Assembly (NCBI GenBank): GCA_944392595.1
Contig: CALXXD010000001.1
Span: 3,008 to 67,007 of the forward strand
Direction of reading: 5' to 3'
DNA length: 64,000 bases
From: an uncultured Alphaproteobacteria bacterium
GTDB taxonomy: Bacteria; Pseudomonadota; Alphaproteobacteria; Rs-D84
Shown in pieces: positions 60,640-64,000 of the stretch. The notes under the pieces are model-generated. The model did not search any database and had not been told where the DNA came from. It saw nothing but the letters and a program-made list of their open reading frames with translations. The number at the start of each line of letters is the position of its first letter. The first letter of the stretch is position 1. The position numbers and the translations under genes were made by a program.

Positions 60640-61698
60640 ATGAGAATACTGAACAGATATTTTACGCGTCAATTGATCGCGATTTTTATAATGCTGTTGT
60701 TGGTTCTGACGGGTTTGGCATGGATGATGCAGATTATGTCCATGATGAAATTCTTGCTGAACTATGGCGTGGAATTAACCAGTTTTTTGGGATTAACCAT
60801 GTTGATGGTGCCGTTTATTATGTCCATCATAATCCCGTTCGTAACATTTATCGCGGTGATTTTCGTTTATAATAAAATGATTTCAGACAATGAAGTTACA
60901 GTTATGGCGGCGTCTGGATTATCACCACGACAAATTGCACGCCCGGCCATCGTATTGGCGGGGGTGCTGACCGCGCTGCATTTGGTGTTAAATTTGTGGA
61001 TTGTGCCACAGACCCAGTCTATGTTTTATTCAACACAATGGAATTTACGTTACGGTTTGGCGCATATGAAATTACAAGAATCCGCATTCACCCAGATTAC
61101 GCGCGGGCTGGTGGTGTATGTGGATAAGGTATCGGGGCATGATTTAAGTCAAGTGATGTTATCTGATATGCGTGACGAAAGCGCACCTGTGACCATATTT
61201 GCCGAAAAAGGCAAATTAATATCCACGGCGCGGGGGCTGTCGATTGTTATGACAAATGGTTCTTTGCAGGCGGCGGGCGACACGCTGACAACGGGCACGT
61301 TTGACAGTTTTGATATGGATTTGAATGTCGCGGACAAAGGTGGTGAATCTTCTTTCCGTGTGCGGCGTGTGCCAACAAATGATTTAATAGATTATGTATT
61401 GAACTCCCCAACCAAAGATCAACATAAAATGGTGTTGGCGGAATTAAGCAGTCGGTTTTTGGGGCCTGTTATGAATTTGGTGTTGGCGGTGTTATGTGCG
61501 TTAATTTTGTTGCGTTCTTCATTGTTGCGGCGTCGCGCAAGTTTTGCGCCTGCGGTGGCTGTGGCCGCAATGGCGGTGGTAATGTCGATGTATATGTCGC
61601 TGTCCAATATGATTGAAAGTGTATCACAATTCGCAATTTTGGCCTTTGGTGTGTTTGCAGTGTTGGGCGTTTTGGTGTTTATATTGTGTAAAAAATGA
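60640..61698 (+). CDS. LPS export ABC permease, LptF/LptG family
   Basis: MRILNRYFTRQL... is the typical YjgP/YjgQ N-terminus. The gene has 6 TM helices with a periplasmic beta-jellyroll insert and overlaps lptD (ATGA). The start at 60640 is preceded by TATACT-N7. Confidence 0.8.
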   Translation: MRILNRYFTRQLIAIFIMLLLVLTGLAWMMQIMSMMKFLLNYGVELTSFLGLTMLMVPFIMSIIIPFVTFIAVIFVYNKMISDNEVTVMAASGLSPRQIARPAIVLAGVLTALHLVLNLWIVPQTQSMFYSTQWNLRYGLAHMKLQESAFTQITRGLVVYVDKVSGHDLSQVMLSDMRDESAPVTIFAEKGKLISTARGLSIVMTNGSLQAAGDTLTTGTFDSFDMDLNVADKGGESSFRVRRVPTNDLIDYVLNSPTKDQHKMVLAELSSRFLGPVMNLVLAVLCALILLRSSLLRRRASFAPAVAVAAMAVVMSMYMSLSNMIESVSQFAILAFGVFAVLGVLVFILCKK

Positions 61699-63707
61699 AG
61701 AAATTGATTCCATTTTTAATGTCTGTATTCGCACCGATTGTCGCAAACGCTATGTCGGTTGATACCGATACACCAAAAACAATCACCGCAGATAAAATTG
61801 AATACGATGTAAAATCTGAAACCATCAAAACATCTGGCGATACAGAAATCGTAAATCAATCCGGCCAAAGAATGACTTTGACCGATTCGTATCTGTCCAA
61901 AAATGGCGAAAATTTATCCGGCAGCGATATAAAACTGTGGCTGGGCGACCATGTATATGTCGAATCTGATAACATAGTCCGCAGCGGTATCGACACAATC
62001 GCATACGATGCCACATTTACCGCATGCGATAACTGTGACGCTTTTGGGGACGCATGGACAATCACTACAAAAAAAATTACGCATGATATGGAAAGTCGTA
62101 TGTTGCGTTTTTACAGCCCTGTGTTGCGAACATACGATATTCCTGTGTTTTGGTTGCCGTTTTTCGAAATGCCCGACCCAGGTATTAAACATAAAAGTGG
62201 TTTTTTAATGCCTGATTTTGGTTCAACGAATAATATGGGAACTCAGATTAATATCCCGCTGTACATCAGTTTTTCTGATACCCATGATTTGACCTTTACA
62301 TCATCGATTTTAACCAAAGAAAATCCTTTATTCCAAATCGAACACAGATTAAATTTGAATCATTCGCAATATCGCACCCAGGGCGCATATACGCACAATC
62401 GCGATGGCGAAGATCGTTGGTATATTTTTAACAACGATGTAATTGAATTGGGCGATTATGCACGTGCAACCGTATATTTGGAACGCGCGTCTGATAAAAC
62501 TTTTCTGCAAAAATACGGATTTTACGAAGATCAACCATATTTGGATTCAGGCGCAACAATTGAATTGTTTGGCGAATCAGGCTATGTCGTTGCGGACGCA
62601 CACATATTCCAAGAATTGCGTGCCACAACCGGGCAATATTCTGTGCCGTCTGGGAACATTTTGCCAAACGTGCGTGCGACATACCAAACCGCACCTTTGT
62701 TCAAAGAAACATACGTAAAATTAAATGCGGACGTATTGGGAATATCGGGCGATGGGACCGCGTCCCAGCGTTTGGTTGGCGATGCGCGAATTGTTTCACC
62801 TTGGACTTTGTGGGGCGGCAACAGAATAACCGCAAGCGTATCTGCACGATACGACGTTTATAATTTTTATCACACAGACATTGTTGATGTTGCGGATTTT
62901 TCCGGATTAAAAGACAGATTTTTACCCAGCGGATATGTCGAATGGGGATTGCCTTTGTTCCGCCCGTCTGATAATTGGACCCATGTTATCGAGCCACGCG
63001 CACGCTTTACCGCAATGCGCCGCACTGGGGAAGACCAATTTACATTTAACAATGATTCAGCCGGTACATTTTTATCCGACACGACTTTGTTTTCTGACAA
63101 CAGATTTTCTGGGCTGGATTTGTGGGAAAATGGAACGTATGCCGATTATGGTATGCGGTATTCCGCGTTCAATCAATCTGGTCAAATGATTGAAGTGTTC
63201 TTGGGGCAGACGTACGATTTTTCAGAACGCGCAGATACCGATCCCAACAGTGGATTTCACAATGGTGCATCTGATTTTGTTGGCCGCATAGAGTATGACA
63301 ATTCAAAATGGATTGATTTGGCAACACGTTTCAGATTATCCCGCGAAGATTTATCGCCACGTCACGTGGAAACATCGGCCATTATCGGAACATCGCGCAA
63401 TTTTATTAATATCGGTCACATCTGGTCACAACAATTTATTGATTCCCATACCCAAGACGACAGTATAAATGAATTAATGGCGGGGATTGGTATCCAATTG
63501 ACTGACCGTTGGTCATTGCGATTTAATGCGCTGTATAATATGACAAATGGGCAATTCCAGCGTCATGGTGGCGGGATATTCTATACGCATCCTTGCTATT
63601 ATTTGTCGGTGGAATATCGTCGTGATAATGCTGTAAAATACGACTATGTTGGTACGACGTCGTTCCAATTCAGATTCGGCATGAGTATCGATGGCCAACA
63701 ATATTAA
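61695..63707 (+). CDS. lptD: LPS assembly outer-membrane protein LptD
   Basis: A signal peptide and an OstA-like N-terminal domain (ITADKIEYD...TIKTSGDTEI) precede a large beta-barrel. The synteny is lptF/G-lptD-surA. Confidence 0.85.
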   Translation: MKKLIPFLMSVFAPIVANAMSVDTDTPKTITADKIEYDVKSETIKTSGDTEIVNQSGQRMTLTDSYLSKNGENLSGSDIKLWLGDHVYVESDNIVRSGIDTIAYDATFTACDNCDAFGDAWTITTKKITHDMESRMLRFYSPVLRTYDIPVFWLPFFEMPDPGIKHKSGFLMPDFGSTNNMGTQINIPLYISFSDTHDLTFTSSILTKENPLFQIEHRLNLNHSQYRTQGAYTHNRDGEDRWYIFNNDVIELGDYARATVYLERASDKTFLQKYGFYEDQPYLDSGATIELFGESGYVVADAHIFQELRATTGQYSVPSGNILPNVRATYQTAPLFKETYVKLNADVLGISGDGTASQRLVGDARIVSPWTLWGGNRITASVSARYDVYNFYHTDIVDVADFSGLKDRFLPSGYVEWGLPLFRPSDNWTHVIEPRARFTAMRRTGEDQFTFNNDSAGTFLSDTTLFSDNRFSGLDLWENGTYADYGMRYSAFNQSGQMIEVFLGQTYDFSERADTDPNSGFHNGASDFVGRIEYDNSKWIDLATRFRLSREDLSPRHVETSAIIGTSRNFINIGHIWSQQFIDSHTQDDSINELMAGIGIQLTDRWSLRFNALYNMTNGQFQRHGGGIFYTHPCYYLSVEYRRDNAVKYDYVGTTSFQFRFGMSIDGQQY

Positions 63708-63726
63708 AAAAGGAAAGGATTTTTAT

Positions 63727-64000
63727 ATGAAAAAATTACTTGTTGGATTGTTGGGGATAATATTTTGTATGCCTGGGTATGCCGCATCCGTTGTGGCGTC
63801 TGTTAATGGCGCGCCCATTACCGATGCAGATGTAACCGCGCGTGTGTCACTGATGAACAAACAAGGCCAAACATCCACAGATAATCGCCGCATTGCGTTG
63901 CAAAATATAATCGACGACAGTGTTAAAATTGCATACGCACAAAATTTTGGTGCGGTGCCCGATGATGAAACTGTGGATACAGAATTAAAAAAAATGAACC
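63727..64000 (+). CDS. surA: SurA-like periplasmic chaperone/PPIase, N-terminal fragment (runs off the window)
   Basis: Hand translation: MKKLLVGLLGIIFCMPGYA|ASVVASVNGAPITDADVTARV... is the typical SurA N-domain start. A GGAAAGGA RBS is present. The gene is not in the ORF track because no stop codon falls inside the window. Confidence 0.6.
   Translation, partial: MKKLLVGLLGIIFCMPGYAASVVASVNGAPITDADVTARVSLMNKQGQTSTDNRRIALQNIIDDSVKIAYAQNFGAVPDDETVDTELKKMN

Overview
This 64-kb chromosomal window comes from a Gram-negative bacterium, most likely an alphaproteobacterium. Supporting markers are rpoH, a DUF4167-like gene upstream of dnaX, ppdK, skp-lpxD-fabZ, lptF/G-lptD-surA and a yfgM-like/bamB-like/der neighbourhood. 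About half of the window is recognisable housekeeping: rplU-rpmA, ppdK, tsaC-like, dnaX, lpxD-fabZ, rluB-like, rsmE, rpsO-truB, mutS, xseB, rpoH, der, infB-nusA, lptD. There is one complete rRNA operon on the minus strand, ordered 16S, tRNA-Ile(GAT), 23S, 5S. It has no tRNA-Ala, and its 16S carries compensated substitutions at normally invariant positions. The accessory content is more unusual. (1) A minus-strand operon encodes three tandem giant prepilin-like proteins with PilV/tail-fibre-like motifs, a ZitP-like zinc-ribbon membrane protein and a secreted protein. A separate small type IV pilin and an OmpA-like lipoprotein sit directly behind dnaX. (2) An orphan phage-type (T7 gp17-like N-terminus) tail-fibre gene and a Yip1-family membrane protein are wedged between bamB-like and der. 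The tail-fibre gene is preceded by a consensus promoter followed by two terminator-like hairpins. (3) A visibly AT-rich GmrSD-like (DUF262/DUF1524) type IV restriction gene lies near a 3-kb cassette of unknown genes. That cassette includes a zeta-toxin-like ATPase overlapping an unannotated 47-aa ORF. (4) A paralogous family of large cysteine-rich secreted proteins is present, one with an Arg/Ser/Thr-rich degenerate repeat tract. (5) An orphan VirD4/TraG coupling protein is present. (6) Four intergenic clusters of mosaic palindromic (MITE/REP-like) repeats are present, one containing a perfect 381-bp tandem duplication. At least nine genes have a -10 box only 6-9 nt upstream of the start codon, which suggests widespread leaderless mRNAs. 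No CRISPR array, transposase or integrase was seen. All functional calls rest on motif recognition by eye and need database or structure searches to confirm.
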